A DNA stretch of 64,000 bases from Camelus ferus. Lineage: Eukaryota. Within the stretch, counting starts at the first letter, position 1; the number at the start of each line of letters is the position of its first letter. Below are positions 1 through 12,508 of the stretch, one piece after another. A program made the position numbers and the translations under genes. The notes below the pieces were generated by a model. That model had not been told where the DNA came from. It saw only the letters and a program-made list of their open reading frames with translations, and did not search any database. Where the stretch lies: positions 112,656,001 through 112,720,000 of the forward strand of contig NC_045697.1 of assembly GCF_009834535.1 (NCBI RefSeq), given 5' to 3'.

Positions 1-965
1 TCACTAACGCCTTGTTTTAGAACCTTGTCAAATATTGCTTTTGAGATGTGTAACCATCCTTTCCCACAGACTTCTCATCACCCCTCTCATGGAGGTACTG
101 AGGAATATGAAAAATACTAGCGGGTGGGGTTTCTTCCCCACCGGCAACATTTTCTGCTCACCCAGACATTTTACAGCAGAATTTCTTGCTGAAGTGCCAT
201 GGTATCATTCCATTTGCCACGAGAGTTGGAATTTCTTTGATATCAATTTTAGAGAGCTCGATAGAGCTTTTAAACATACAGACAAAAGAACCAGACACTT
301 GAGATGGAGCTGTATTTGCCCTGTGGTTTATTCTGAAGTTCCCGAAATGAGTGCTTCAGTAGACAGGATAAAAGAGGAGAGTGTAGATATTTGGCTTTTC
401 TGATCAATTTTGCAGAACCTCCGAATACCTGAAATAGAGCGCAGCAGTTGCTCCAGTGGGAAGAGAAATGCTATTCTCGCCCATTTGTCAAATCTCTGCT
501 TTTCTATATAACAACATGAACTCTGAAAAAATATCCTCGGGGCCCAAAACTGATTAAAACTCTGTGGAGTACGTGTGCTGCCTTAGGTGCTCTCTGGAGC
601 TGCAAAAAAAGAGAAGGTTTTGTCCTTCCAACAGGGACAGTAAATCGAATAAGAGCCACAGGCAAATAAAAGAGACTGTGTACAAGACAGGGGAACAAAT
701 ATTAATAAAGACACCAACATTCATAAAATGGGCTGAATGAAAAGTTTGCCATCAGCTTAGTGAACTCTATTACACCAAGAAAAGGATGCATACAAATGCC
801 GTTACTACTGCTAAGAAACACCACTGAAATCCTCTTATAATAGGCAACTTAAGTACCTCATATTAAATCTCAGCCACAGCCCCATAAGAGAGCATAATCA
901 TCAATTGAAAGAGAAGAAAGGTAACTTTTTTTTAATTAAGACTATTTTTTAAGAGCAGTTTAAGG

Positions 966-1604
966 CGTTACTGAACCAAACTTGGGTCCACTTGCCCTCG
1001 CGCAGGAAAGCCAACCTACTGACACTGGGTCGTGGTGAAGGAAAATGCAGCATTTATTACAGGCACCAAGCAAGGAGTACAGGTAGCTAGTGCTTAAAAG
1101 ACTCCCAGCTCCCCAGTGGTTTTCAGGGAAAGGTTTTTTAAAGGCAGGGTGAGGGAGGGGGCTGTGGGGTGTGTGATGAGCTCATGGACAGTCTTCCGAT
1201 TGGTGGGTGGTGAGGCCATCAGGAGTCAACATCATCAACCTCTGGTTCCAACCGGCCTGGAGTCTATGTGCTTGTGGGCTGTATGCAGTTAACTTCTTCC
1301 ACCTGGTGGGGGTTTCGGTCTCTGCAAAACAGCTCAAAGGACATGGCTCAGAATATTATCTGTAGCCCTAGAGGAGGAACTAAAGTTCCTTGACTTAGTT
1401 TTAATGTTTAAACTAGTATTATTTTGTCTTGCTCAACTGTTTTTATTTCTTTCTGCATTTTCTCACTTCTCTGATTAAGTGTAGTCCTTGGAACTCAGGG
1501 AAACCTGGGAGACTAAAGTTTTTACACAGATTAGAGGCAGGCAGAGGACCTGGTGGGGGAGAGGTCTGTTCCGGGAAGACCCCATAGGGTCCTGCTCCCT
1601 TACA
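966..1604 (-). mobile_element. ERV1-type solo LTR inserted in L1
   Basis: Ends CG(TG)...CA; perfect 4-bp TSD aagg (962-965 / 1605-1608); tttatt at ~1053 is AATAAA on the minus strand; host L1 resumes afterwards. Confidence 0.85.
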
Positions 1605-2378
1605 AAGGGTCCCAGCAAAATTAAGGAAGGTACACAAAGTTCCCACATATCCTCTGCCCCCACACATTCACAGCCTCCCCCATTTTCAAACCTACATTGA
1701 CACATCCATATCCCAAATTCCATAGTTTAAATTAGGGTTCACACTTGGAGCTGTGTACTCTGAGGTCTGGACAAGTGTATAATGGCAGGTGTCCATCACT
1801 GGGGTACCATACAGAGTATCTTCACTGTCCTAAAAATCCCCTGTGCTCCACATATTTATCCTTCTTTCCTGCCCCCAACCCCTGGCAGCCTCTGAACTTT
1901 TTACTGTCTCCATAGTTTTGTCTTTTCCAGAACATCGTATAATTGGAATCACGCAGCACGTAGCCTTTTCAGATTGTCTTCTTTCACTGAGTAAGATGCA
2001 TTTAAGGTTCTTCCATGTCATTTCATGGCTTGATAGTTCATTTCTTTTATTAAACATTGAATAATATTCCACTGTCTGGATGTACCACGGTTTATTTATC
2101 CATTCGCCTACTGAAGGACATCTGGGTTGATCCAAGTTTTGGCAGTTATGAATAAAGCTGCTGTAAACATCTGTGTGCAGGTTTTTGTGGGAACATCAAT
2201 TTTCAGCACCATTGGGTAAATACCAAGGAGCACGATTGCTGGATCGTAGGATAAGAATATGCGTAGTTTTGTGAGAAATGGCCAAACTTCTTCCAAAGTG
2301 GCTGCTCCATTTTGCATCCCCGCCAGCACTGAATGAGAGTTCCTGTTGCTCCGCATCCTCACCAGCATTTGGTGGTGT

Positions 2379-2879
2379 TGTTACTGGTCCAGGTTCGATT
2401 ACCTTCACGCAGCAAGCCAAACCCTGAGACGTTGAGTTTTACAGCAAAGAGAGGGAGGCTTTATTCGTAAGGCCGCCAAGGGCGGAGATGCCTCCTGGAA
2501 GATGAGGGGGAGGGGTATTTATAGGCTAATGAATAAAGCAGCGGGGCGGTGTGAGGTGTGGGGAGTGTGGGGAAAGGTGGTTGGAAAAAGATGTGGGAAT
2601 GGTTGCTCTGTGCAGGCGAAACTAAGCTCCAGGCCTCTGCATGTTGAAAAGGTCATGAGCGGACACTCACACATGCCCAGTTGGAGGGGCTGTGGTCCCA
2701 TCCAGTCTTAACCAGCTCAGCTTGAACTAGATCCAACTGATTCCATGCTTCCAGAAAACAGCTTGGGCAAACGTTTTAATTTTTAGGCTACATGCTACTT
2801 GCTTGGAGCACATGCACCTCTTAAAATGACCTTGATTTGTGAAGGTGGGGGAAATGGGTTTCATTCACCCATGGTTTCA
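2379..2879 (-). mobile_element. Second ERV1-type solo LTR inserted in the same L1
   Basis: TG...CA termini; 4-bp TSD gtgt/ttgt (1 mismatch); tttatt at ~2460; host L1 text 'ccagcatttggtg|ttgtcagtgttctggatttt' is split exactly here. Confidence 0.8.
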
Positions 2880-4488
2880 TTGTCAGTGTTCTGGATTTTG
2901 GCCACTCTAATAGGTATACAGTGGTATTTTGTTGTTTTAATTAACATTTCCCTGATGACACAAGATGTGGAACACTTTTTCATATGCTTCTTTGACATCT
3001 GTGTATCTTCTTTGGTGAGTGTCAGTTAAGGCCTTTGGCCTATATTTTTAATCAGAGTTTTTTTTTTGTTTTCTTATTGATTGAGTTTTGAGAGTTCTTT
3101 GTATATTTATGGGGGACAGTCTTTTACCAGATATGTCTTTTGCAAATATTTTCTCCCAGTCTGTGGTTTAGCTTGTCATTCTCTTGACATCGTCTTTCAT
3201 GGAGCGGAAGTTTTAAATTTTAATGAAGCCCATGCAGATGATCAATTTCTTCTTTCATAAAATCATGCCTTTGGTATTCTTTCTAAAAGGTCACCATACC
3301 TGAGGTCACCTAGGTTTTCTCCCGTGTTATAATCTAGGAGTTTACAGTTTTATTTTACACTCTGGTCTGTGTTAATTTCTGTGCTGGGTGGAAGGTCTGT
3401 GTCTAAAGATTTATTTGTTTGCATGTGAACGTCCAGTTGTTACAGCACCATTTGTTGAAAAGACAATCTTTACTCCATTGTGTTGCCTTGGCTTCCCTTG
3501 TCAAAGACCAGCTGACTATGAAAAGTAAGATTTTAAGAGGCACGTTTACCTAGCAGAGACCGCCCAGCTAGCTTATCATTGTCAAAGTCAGATTTGACCC
3601 CAGGTTGTCTATTTCCTACTCTTAGGAATAGGCATTATTTACTGTCAACAAATATGACTAGGGAGGTCTCATCAATTTGGCATAAAAATCATGTGAATTA
3701 AAGGATGGCAAAGTGGTGTCTGGTTTGTTTTTCAGTGGGCAGACCAGGACCTGCCATAAATAGCTGGCATTTCTTGGTTTTATTAGTGTCATCTTGGAAC
3801 CACTCTGAATGTTAAATGAAATTTAACATTCCTAATAGTAAATGATAGTAATTAAACCATTGTTTGATGTTTATGACATCATAGGCCCCTTGATAAACAC
3901 ATCATGATATGTCTAGCCTTCCCCCGAAAGCTCTTTGAGAACTAGTACATCTGTATTCCCTTAGTGCCGACCACAGTACTGAGCGTAGGAAAGTTTATGA
4001 GCATTAAGTTAAACCAAACCTCACTGAAGACAGAATATATAAAATAAGACTGTTTTACCCATGCCATCAGCTGAAAAGGTATTTTTCTATCACATAGCAT
4101 TCCTTGGTTAACTCTCTAGGAGCAATGGGTGATAATCATTCTATCAAAAGTGTGTCCACTGAGTAGGTGTAGATCCGTGGTAATTAGGCAGGATTGAGGC
4201 AAGATCTTTGAACTTCTCTTTGGTATTTACCTTATTACACTCAGTGCCAGTAGCCAACCACAGGACACGTCCCTAAGCGCTACTTTTTAAAGCCTGAGCC
4301 TATATGTGGGCATTGCATTTCTTGGGATGGAGGTTAAAGACCCCAAAATCCCAATTGTTAGATCAGAAAGGTCACCATGTGAAAACATTGAAAAAGAAGT
4401 TTTTTGAAACTGGTGGGAAGGAATATAATAATATCTGCTTATAAGCTCTTTCTAAATAAATCCTTAAATGTAACAGAAGAGCAGTCAT

Positions 4489-5810
4489 CATTTATTCATT
4501 CAATAAACAGGTATTGAGTGTCTGCTATGTACTGAATGTGGGGTCTGGCAGTGAACAAAACCTCGTGGGGTTCTTATTCCAGTGAGGGAAAAGGCAACAG
4601 AATTAGTATCAAAGACTTGTAAGTAAAATCTTGATCAAGGCAATGGTTAAAGACCAAGCAGTGAGGGAAGATAAGGATTCCCAGGGCAGGGGTCAGTGGA
4701 GGTCCCACAGACAGGGTGACTTCTGTGCACAGACAGAGGACATGAGGGGGCGGGCTCTGTTGATACTGGCAACCAGACATCAAAGCTGAGGAAAGACCGT
4801 CACAAAGGCCTGACTTGTAGCCTTGTGTGTGTGAGAAGCAGCAGAGCTTGACCAACTGCAAAACACACCCCACTGCTATTTAGTGAGAAAGGAAAACTGG
4901 GAGAAGCAGGTGTGTATGCCTGTGTGTGTGTCTCCATGTGTGTCTGTGTATGTCTGTGTGTGTGTGTCTATGTGTGTATCTGGGTGTGTGTGCTATATGT
5001 GTCAATGTGTGTGTGTCTCTGTGTCAGTGTGTGTGTGCATGTGTCTGTCTGTGTGTCTTGTGTGTGTCTGTGTATGTCTGTGTCTGTGTTTGTGTCTGCG
5101 TGTGTGTGTGTGTGTGTGTGCATGTGTGTGTCCTGGGTGAGACTGGGGGCCTATTTAGAATATGTTATGTTGAGCTATTTATCAGACACCCCAGTGGAGA
5201 TGTCAAGAACTCAGTGGTGACTATGAACCTGAGGACACGAGAAGGGGTCAGGATATGGACATTTGGACGTCGTCCACATTTAGATGATATTTCAAACAAT
5301 GAGACCATTGCTATCAGCCAAGAACTAAGGCTAGATGCAGTAGAGAAGAGGTCTGAGGACAGAGCCTCTGGGAACTCCCATGTCTAGGAAGGGAATGAAG
5401 TAGCACTGGGACAGGGGATGGAAACCAGGGGCAGGGATGTAGGAAGACAGTGAGGAGACCTCCATGTCCCATTCGCCAGGTGACGAGCACATCAAAGACA
5501 AAGGACATGATCAGCATAGACGGTGCTGTGAGAGAGTGAGAACTGACAGCCAGTCATTAGATTTAACCCTGTGAAGTTATTAGTGACCTTGAAAGAAGTT
5601 TTGGTCAAAGGGTAGACCAGCAAGTCTAGCTGCAGTTGGGTAGTGAAGTGAGGAGAGAGGAAGTGACTTGAGAAAGGAAGAGTATGGATGACTTTTTGAG
5701 GAGTGGGGATCAAAGGAATGGAATGGCTGCTAGGGGATAGTACAGTTTCTTAAATTTAATATGGGAATTAAAACATCTGTATGGTCACGGGAGAGCACAG
5801 TGGAGAGGAA
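4489..5810 (-). mobile_element. L2 LINE remnant
   Basis: L2 3' terminus in reverse ('catttattcattcaataaacaggtattgagtgtctgctatgt') and purine-rich L2 body ('agacaccccagtggagatgtcaag', 'attagtgaccttgaaaga'). Confidence 0.75.
4910..5131. repeat. Compound (TG)n/(TC/TG) microsatellite, ~220 bp
   Basis: Directly visible; source of the spurious Cys/Val ORFs at 4883-5387. Confidence 0.97.
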
Positions 5811-5837
5811 AACCTTAAAACCAATAAGAAATGGAAT

Positions 5838-5960
5838 GCCTTATTTTGACCGTTTACAGGTGAGGAAACTGAAGCACAAGGAAATAAATAATTCATCTAA
5901 ATAGCGTGACAAATCACAGCATGGCAGAGCCGAAACCAGAGTTCGGCTTTCCTGACCATT
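5838..5960 (-). mobile_element. MIR fragment
   Basis: MIR core 'tttacaggtgaggaaactgaagcac'. Confidence 0.7.
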
Positions 5961-7322
5961 CACTCTATAGAATAAACAAAACACCCGAATCCCAACTGAA
6001 CCTTGTAGTTTCTGTTCTTGGTTTTCTCATCTCCATGGTTTGCGTTAGACTTAATTACAGGCTAATAAACCCTAACTTGAATAGAACAGGAAATTATCCT
6101 GGATTCTTTTTCAGCACAATATACATTTGACATAAATTCAACAGAGAACAAGATGCGATCAAAAGAAACTTTAAAAGTGTAATCAGAGGGAAATGTTTGC
6201 ACACTGTATTTTATGATTGGTTGTAGAAAACCATTTTTCTTTCACAAAACAGTGATTTCAAAGTGTCCATCAGTGCTGCTTACAGTGAGGTGATTGAGCC
6301 CCTCAAGCCGGGAACTTTTATTTCCCTTTTCCTGTTGTGTAAGTGTTCACTGTGGGGTGGTGAGATCACGCTTGCTGCATGACTGAGATGTGATGGCGAA
6401 ACGGAGGGTCCAGAGTTGGTCCTGCGGGGGGCGAGGGCGCTGCCTGTGTGTTCCCTGTGACCACGTGATACCTCACACCCACTGAGTACCCCCCGGCTGT
6501 GTGTGCAGTCAAAGCCTCTGCTTACGATCAGCAAACTCAGAACATAAAGTGCAAGACTTAGCTGCCCCAGCCCTCCACGTGCAACCTGGTCAGAACAGCA
6601 TCAAACAGGAGACGGCCCTCTGTTTGCAGGACAGCAGGCTTGGAGATGGAAGCCCTCCAGTGCATCAACTGTCCTTCCTTCCTCCACCTGCTCTATGCAC
6701 CTCAGACTTACGAAGGGCAGGTGCCAACCCCGTGAGCAATTACCCGTGGAAAGAGAACGCCCAGCCCCACTTTCGGTCCTCGTGGCGGGTGTTACGCTTA
6801 AGTTGTGGGAATTTCCTTCCCACAGCAGACCTGATGCCTCTCATCTGCCAGGCGTCACAGTTTAAGCCAGATCACTAGGCACCCAGGAAGTGGAGCTCTC
6901 TCAGGAAAGCAGCTCGTCTGAAAACGAGTGATTCCTTTCTAGAGCAAGGTTGAGTTGGCATTTTTAAAAGAATTAAAGCAGTAAGGGCAGTAATGTAGCT
7001 AAACAATTCCCGGAAATGGTTATCCTAATCGCGTTAAGTACACAACTTCATCATTTTAAATTGCTGAAACTTTTGGTGCTGCAGACTTCCTAGCCGTTGC
7101 ACACACGTTGTTATACATGCTTGTTTGTAGGTAGAGCTGCATAAATGCGTGCATGTGTAAAGGAGTGTGCTTCTTATCTTTCAGCAGTGTGATTTTAAAA
7201 GTGCCTTGGGTGTGTGTCTATCTCCGTTCTTACAGAGGTTGGCAGTGAAGCTTATCTCTTTGTTAACTGATCGTTCATTCATTGGTTCTGCATATACTTA
7301 TTAGAAATCTATATAGCTTTGT

Positions 7323-7512
7323 GGGGAAGGTATAGCTCAGTGGTAGAGTGCCTGCCTAGCAACCGCAAGATTCAGGTTCAACCCCCAGTGCCTCCATTTA
7401 AATAAATAAACAAACAAACACAACCCAAATACCTCCCCCCTCAAAAAAGTATACCGTGCTATGTGTCAATTATATCTCAATAAATCTGGAAGAAAACATT
7501 TTTTTTTAAAAA
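7323..7512 (+). mobile_element. tRNA-Ala-derived camelid SINE (vic-1-like) with a 3' extension
   Basis: A-box 'tagctcagtggtaga', B-box-like 'ggttcaaccc', AAAT/AAAC tail; perfect 16-bp TSD agaaatctatatagct (7303-7318 / 7513-7528). Confidence 0.9.
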
Positions 7513-8346
7513 AGAAATCTATATAGCTGAGCTTGTTGGGTACAGAGCCAAGATTATGGTTCAATTCTTGCTTTAAATGTTCTTGTATACCCACGTGGAG
7601 ATTTAGACAACAGACAAATACACTATAAAGTATCAAATGCTACAACCAGGGTATATAATGAGAGGGGAAATTTCCAACCAATCCAGCCTGGAAGAAAGGT
7701 TTCATTTCACAGTTAGCTGAGTCCTAAAGGCTGATGGACTTGAGCCCACTCTCCTTGGTAGGAAATAATATGACTTTGTATCTGGGATTCAGTGGCCTTG
7801 TGATTTGGAATCACCATCTTGCACTGCTTTATTTTCCGGGATTATGCAAGAAAAATTAGGAAAGTGGTGAAACAATTTCTTCGTAGGATCAAAGGTTGAT
7901 GTTAATCCAGGTTATTGTGGAACATCTTGAGTGTTCCTGTGCCATTGGACCAGTGATCAAATCTGCAGTGGATAATCAGTTTCTTCTCTGGCTGACTCAC
8001 CCCTGCTGCCTGTGAACGCGTCTCTGATGTGCTTGGCTCCAGGCTGCCTGACATCTGCTGGGTCCCTGGTTCACTCTTACGTGCTGTAATGAGATGTCAA
8101 TGAGTGTTTTAGGGAAGCTGTTCAATGTCCCTTCATCTTAACCTAAAAGAAAAATCATTGCTATTGTTTCACACATTTATTCGAACACACTTAAGCTTCA
8201 ACTGTGTGCCAAAGGATCTGTAGAGTTTCTTAATGTTTTCTCATACAAATTTTGGAGATAGCAATTAGCTATTCCAAAAAGAGACTTGTTATGAAAATGT
8301 TTGGTGATTATTTACCCAGCTCCCCTGTCCACCTGCAGGCTTGATG

Positions 8347-8811
8347 TGTTGGGCGACAATTCTCCACGTGTGTCTTGCATTTCTGCACATTTCATGAGCA
8401 GAAGCACCCACCAACTTTGTTCCAGACTATCTTTTCAAAGATGTTTTTACAGCAAACAGTCTTGGAAGATAGAAATGGTGTCTCCATCCAGAGCAAAGGC
8501 AGGTTTGTTTACCGTCCAGTAGAACAAAGGTAATGTCTCCCGCCAGGGCAAGATCAGGCGGGTTTCCTGCCCTTGGAGAAGTTCTGGGTTCCCTAGCTCA
8601 GGATTCCTCTCCTGCAGGGCAAGATATCATCAAAGCCTCTTTGCATTTTCTTGTGGGCATTTGGGTTCAAGGAATTGGCACAAATGTTAATCCTCTGTCT
8701 TCTGCTGTTGCTGTAAGTAGTAAAGTCACTTGCCTCTGATCTTTGAATTGCCTGTGTTATGCCAGCATCCGTGAACTGGGGGCTAGCTAATTAGCCTCAC
8801 AGTTCTTGACA
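8347..8811 (+). mobile_element. ERVL solo LTR (LTR40-like)
   Basis: Starts 'tgttgggcgacaattctccac...tttctgcac', ends 'cttgaca'; 5-bp TSD tgatg/taatg, a length typical of ERVL. Confidence 0.75.
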
Positions 8812-9078
8812 TAATGTTCTCTTAAATTACTTCTTTTCTACCATCATCTTGTTTCTTTATGGCTGAGTAAATAAATATATATTTTCAGTTTTTTTTTAAA
8901 TTGAAGTATAGTTGATTTATAATATTGTATCAGTTTCAAGTGTACAGCAGAGTGATTCAGTTATAAACATACTTTTTCAGATTATTTTTCATTATAGGTT
9001 GTTACAAGAGATTGAATATTATTCCCTGTGTTATACAGTAAATTCTTCCCATGTGTCTGTTTTATGTATAGTAGTTTT

Positions 9079-10835
9079 CTTTTATGTGTTGCTTTTTATT
9101 TTTACATTTTTGTATTGAGTTATAGTCATTTTACAATGTTGTGTCAATTTCCAGTGTAGACCACAATTTTTCAGTTATACATGAACATATATTCATTGTC
9201 ACATTTTTTTTTCACTGTGAGCTATCGCAAGATCTTGTACATACTTCCTGTGTTATACAGAATAATCTTGTTTATCTGTTCGACATTTTTAAATCCCAGT
9301 CTGTCCCTTCCTACCCCCCTGCCCCTTTGGCAACCACAAGTTTGTATTCTATGTCTGTGAGTCCGTTTCTGTTTTGTATTTATGTTCTTTTTTTTTCTTT
9401 CTTTTTTTTTTTAGATTCCACATATGAGCAATCTTATATGATATTTTTCTTTCTCTTTCTGGCTTACTTCACTTAGAATGACATTCTCCAGTAACATCCA
9501 TGTTGCTGCAGACGGCGTTATGTTGTCGGTTTTTATGGCTGAGTAGTATTCCATTGTATAAATATACCACCTCTTCTTTATCCAGTCATGTGTTGATGGA
9601 CATTTAGGCTGTCTGCATGTCTTGGCTATTGTAAATAGTGCTGCTATGAACGTTGGGGATGCAGATGTCATCCAAAAGTAGGATTCCTTCTGGATGTATG
9701 CCCAGGAGTGGGATTCCTGGGTCATATGGTAAGTCTATTCCTAGTCTTTTGAGGAATCTCCATACTGTTTTCCACATTGGCTGCACCAAATTGCATTCCC
9801 ACCAGCAGTGTAGGAGGGTTCTTCTTTCTCCACAGCCTCTCCAGCATTTGTCATTTGTGCACTTTTGAATGATGGCCATTCTGACTGGTGTGAGGTGATA
9901 CCTCATTGTAGTTTTGATTTGTATTTCTCTGATAATTAGTGATACTGAACATTTTTTCATGTGCCTATTGATCATTTGTATTTCTTCCTTGGAGAAATTG
10001 ATTGTTTAGGTCTTCTGCCCCATTTTTGGATTGGGTTGTTGGCTTTTTTCTTATTAAGTTGTATGAGCTGCTTATATATTCTGGAGATCAAGCCTTTGTT
10101 GATTTCATTGTTTGCAAAAATTTTCTCCCATTCCATAGGTTGTCATTTTGTTTTGCTTATGGTTTTCTTTGCTGTGCAGAAGCTTGTAAGTTTCATTAGG
10201 TCCCGTTTGTTTATTCTTGCTTTTATTTCTATTGCTTGGGTAGACTGCCCTAGGAGAACATTTTTCAGATGTATGCCGGATAATGTTTTGACTATATTTT
10301 TTTCTAGGAGATTTATTGTATGTTGTCTTATGTTTAAGTCTTTGATCCATTTTGAGTTTATTTTTGTGTATGGTATAAGGGAGTGTTCTAGCTTCATTGC
10401 TTTACATGCTGCTGTCCAGCTTTCCCAACACCATTCGCTGAAGAGACTGTCTTTATTTCATTGTAAGTTCTTGCCTCCTTTGTCGAAGATGAGTTGACAA
10501 AAGTTTGTGGGTTCATTTCTGGACTCTCCATTCTGTTCCATTGGTCTTTATGCCTGTTTTTGTACCAATACCATGCTGTCTTGATGACTGTAGCTCTATA
10601 GTATTGTCTGAAGTCTGGGAGAGTTATTCATCCAGCCTCTTTCTTTTTCTTCAGTAATGCTTTGGCAATTCTAGGTCTTTTGTGGTTCCATATAAATTTT
10701 ATTATGATTTGTTCTAGTTCTGTGAAATATGTCCTGGGTAATTTGATAGGGATTGCATTAAATCTGTAGATTGCCTTGGGCAGTGTGACCATTTTAACAA
10801 TATTGATTCTTCCAATCCAGGTTTATGGGGTATTA
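9079..10835 (-). mobile_element. Younger 5'-truncated L1 nested in the older L1
   Basis: ORF2 C-terminal fragments incl. Cys-rich motif [18 protein letters not shown] (9604-9975) and [16 protein letters not shown] ttttatgtatagtagtttt (9060-9078) / ttttatgtatggtagtttt (10836-10854). Confidence 0.93.
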
Positions 10836-12458
10836 TTTTATGTATGGTAGTTTTTATCTGTTAATCCCATACTCCTAATTTATCCCTTCCTCCCTCCCTC
10901 TCCCCTTTGGTAACCATAAGTTTGTTTTCTATCTCTGTGCATCTATTTCTGTTTTGTATATAGATACATTTGCATTATTTTTAGACCCCCACATGTAAGT
11001 GATATCATATGATATTTGTCTTTCTCTTACTTCACTTAGTATGATAATCTCTAGGTCCATCCAGGTTGCTTTTATATGTCTGAGTAATATTCATATTACA
11101 CACACACACCACATCTTCTTAAGCCAATTGTCTGTTGATGGACACTTAGGCTGTTTCCATGTCTTGGCTATGGTAGATAGTGCTGCTATAAACACTGAGG
11201 TATATGCATCAGTTCAAATTAGAGTTTTCATCTTTTCCAGATATATGCCTACGAGTAGGACAGATATATGCCTACGAGTAGGATTGATGGGTCATATGGT
11301 AACTCTATTTTGAGTTTCTTATGGAACCTCCAATTTACATTCCCACCAACAGTGTAGGAGGGTTCCTTTTTCTCACGCCTTCTTCAACATTTATTATTTG
11401 TAGACTTTTTGATGATGACCATTCTGACTGGTGTGAGGTGATACCTCATTGTGTTTTTGATTTGCATTTCTCTAATAATTAGTGCTGTTGAGTATCTTTT
11501 TATGTGCCTGTTGGCCATCTGTATATCTTCTTTGGAGAAATGTCTATTTAAGCCTTCTGCCCATTTTTTGATTGGGTTGTTTGCCTGTTTGTTATTGAGT
11601 CATATGAGCAGTTCCTATATTTTGGAAATTAACCTCTTGTCAGTTGCATCATTTGCAAGTATTTTCTTCCATTCTATAGGTTGTCTTTTTGTTTTGTTGA
11701 TGGTTTCCTTTGCTGGCAAAAGCTTTTAAGTTCGATTAGGTCCATTTGTTTATTTTTGCTTTTATTTCTTTTGCCTTAGGGAACTGACCTAAGAAAATAA
11801 ATATTGCTATGATTTATATCTGAAAATGTTTTGTCTTTGTTCTCTCCTAGGAGTTTTATGGTGTCCTGTCTTATGTTTAGGTCTTTAAACCATTTTGAGT
11901 TTATTTTTGTGTATAGTGTGAGGGAGTGTTCTAACTTCATTGATTTACATGTGGCTGTCCAGTTTTCCCAGCACCATTTGCTGAAGAGATTGTCTTCTTC
12001 ATTGTATATTCTTAATTATGTTGTTGAAGATTAATTGACCATAGGTGTGTGGGTTTATTTCTGGGTTCTCTATTCTGTTCCATTGATCCATAGGTCCATT
12101 TGTGCAAATATCATGCTGTTTTGGTTACTGTAGCTCTGTAGTATTATTTAAAGTCTAGGAGGATTATGCCACCAGCTTTGTTCTTTTTCCTCAGGATTGC
12201 TTTGGCAATTCTGGGTCTTTTGTGTTTCCATATAAATTTTAGGATTATTTGTTCCAGTTCTGTGAAAAATGGCATGGGTCATTTGATAAGGACTGCATTC
12301 AATCTGTGGATTGCTTTGTGTTGTATGGCCATTTTAACAGTATTAATTCTTCCAATCCAAGAACATGGGATGTCTTTCTACTTCTTTGCATCATATTAAA
12401 TTTCCTTTATAGTTTTACTTTTTGGTGTATAAGTCTTTCACCTCCTTGGTTAGGCTTA

Positions 12459-12461
<3 letters not shown>

Positions 12462-12503
<42 letters not shown>
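12462..12503. repeat. (AT)n microsatellite inside L1
   Basis: Directly visible perfect AT run. Confidence 0.97.

Positions 12504-12508
<5 letters not shown>

Larger units (their letters stand above)
926..3519 (-). mobile_element. Old L1 (L1MC/L1MB-like) 3' UTR plus end of ORF2, interrupted by two solo LTRs
   Basis: Typical L1MC 3' end 'ttttaagagcagtttaagg...cagcaaaatt...ttcccacatatcc'; ORF-track fragments at 1830-2368 resemble the L1 ORF2 C-terminus (YDPAIVLLGIYP, MFTAALFITAKTW, CPSVGEWINK). Confidence 0.88.
800..3612 (-). mobile_element. MIR SINE remnant split in two (~800-915 and ~3535-3612) by an L1 insertion
   Basis: Degenerate MIR-like text on both sides of the L1 ('aaatctcagccacagccccataag...' and 'cccagctag...gtcagatttgaccccagg'); degenerate TSD gaaaggtaactttt (916-929) / gaaaagtaagatttt (3520-3534). 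Confidence 0.5.

Noticed and set aside
35..403. 122-aa ORF, and a possible minus-strand exon starting near 428
   Set aside because: No recognisable protein; non-ATG start; the minus-strand frames I translated hit stop codons.
4883..5387. Cys/Val-rich ORFs
   Set aside because: Translation of the (TG)n microsatellite.
9411..10497. L1 ORF2 fragments as functional CDS (also 36983-38087)
   Set aside because: 5'-truncated and frameshifted; no endonuclease or intact RT domain; plus-strand ORFs are antisense artefacts.
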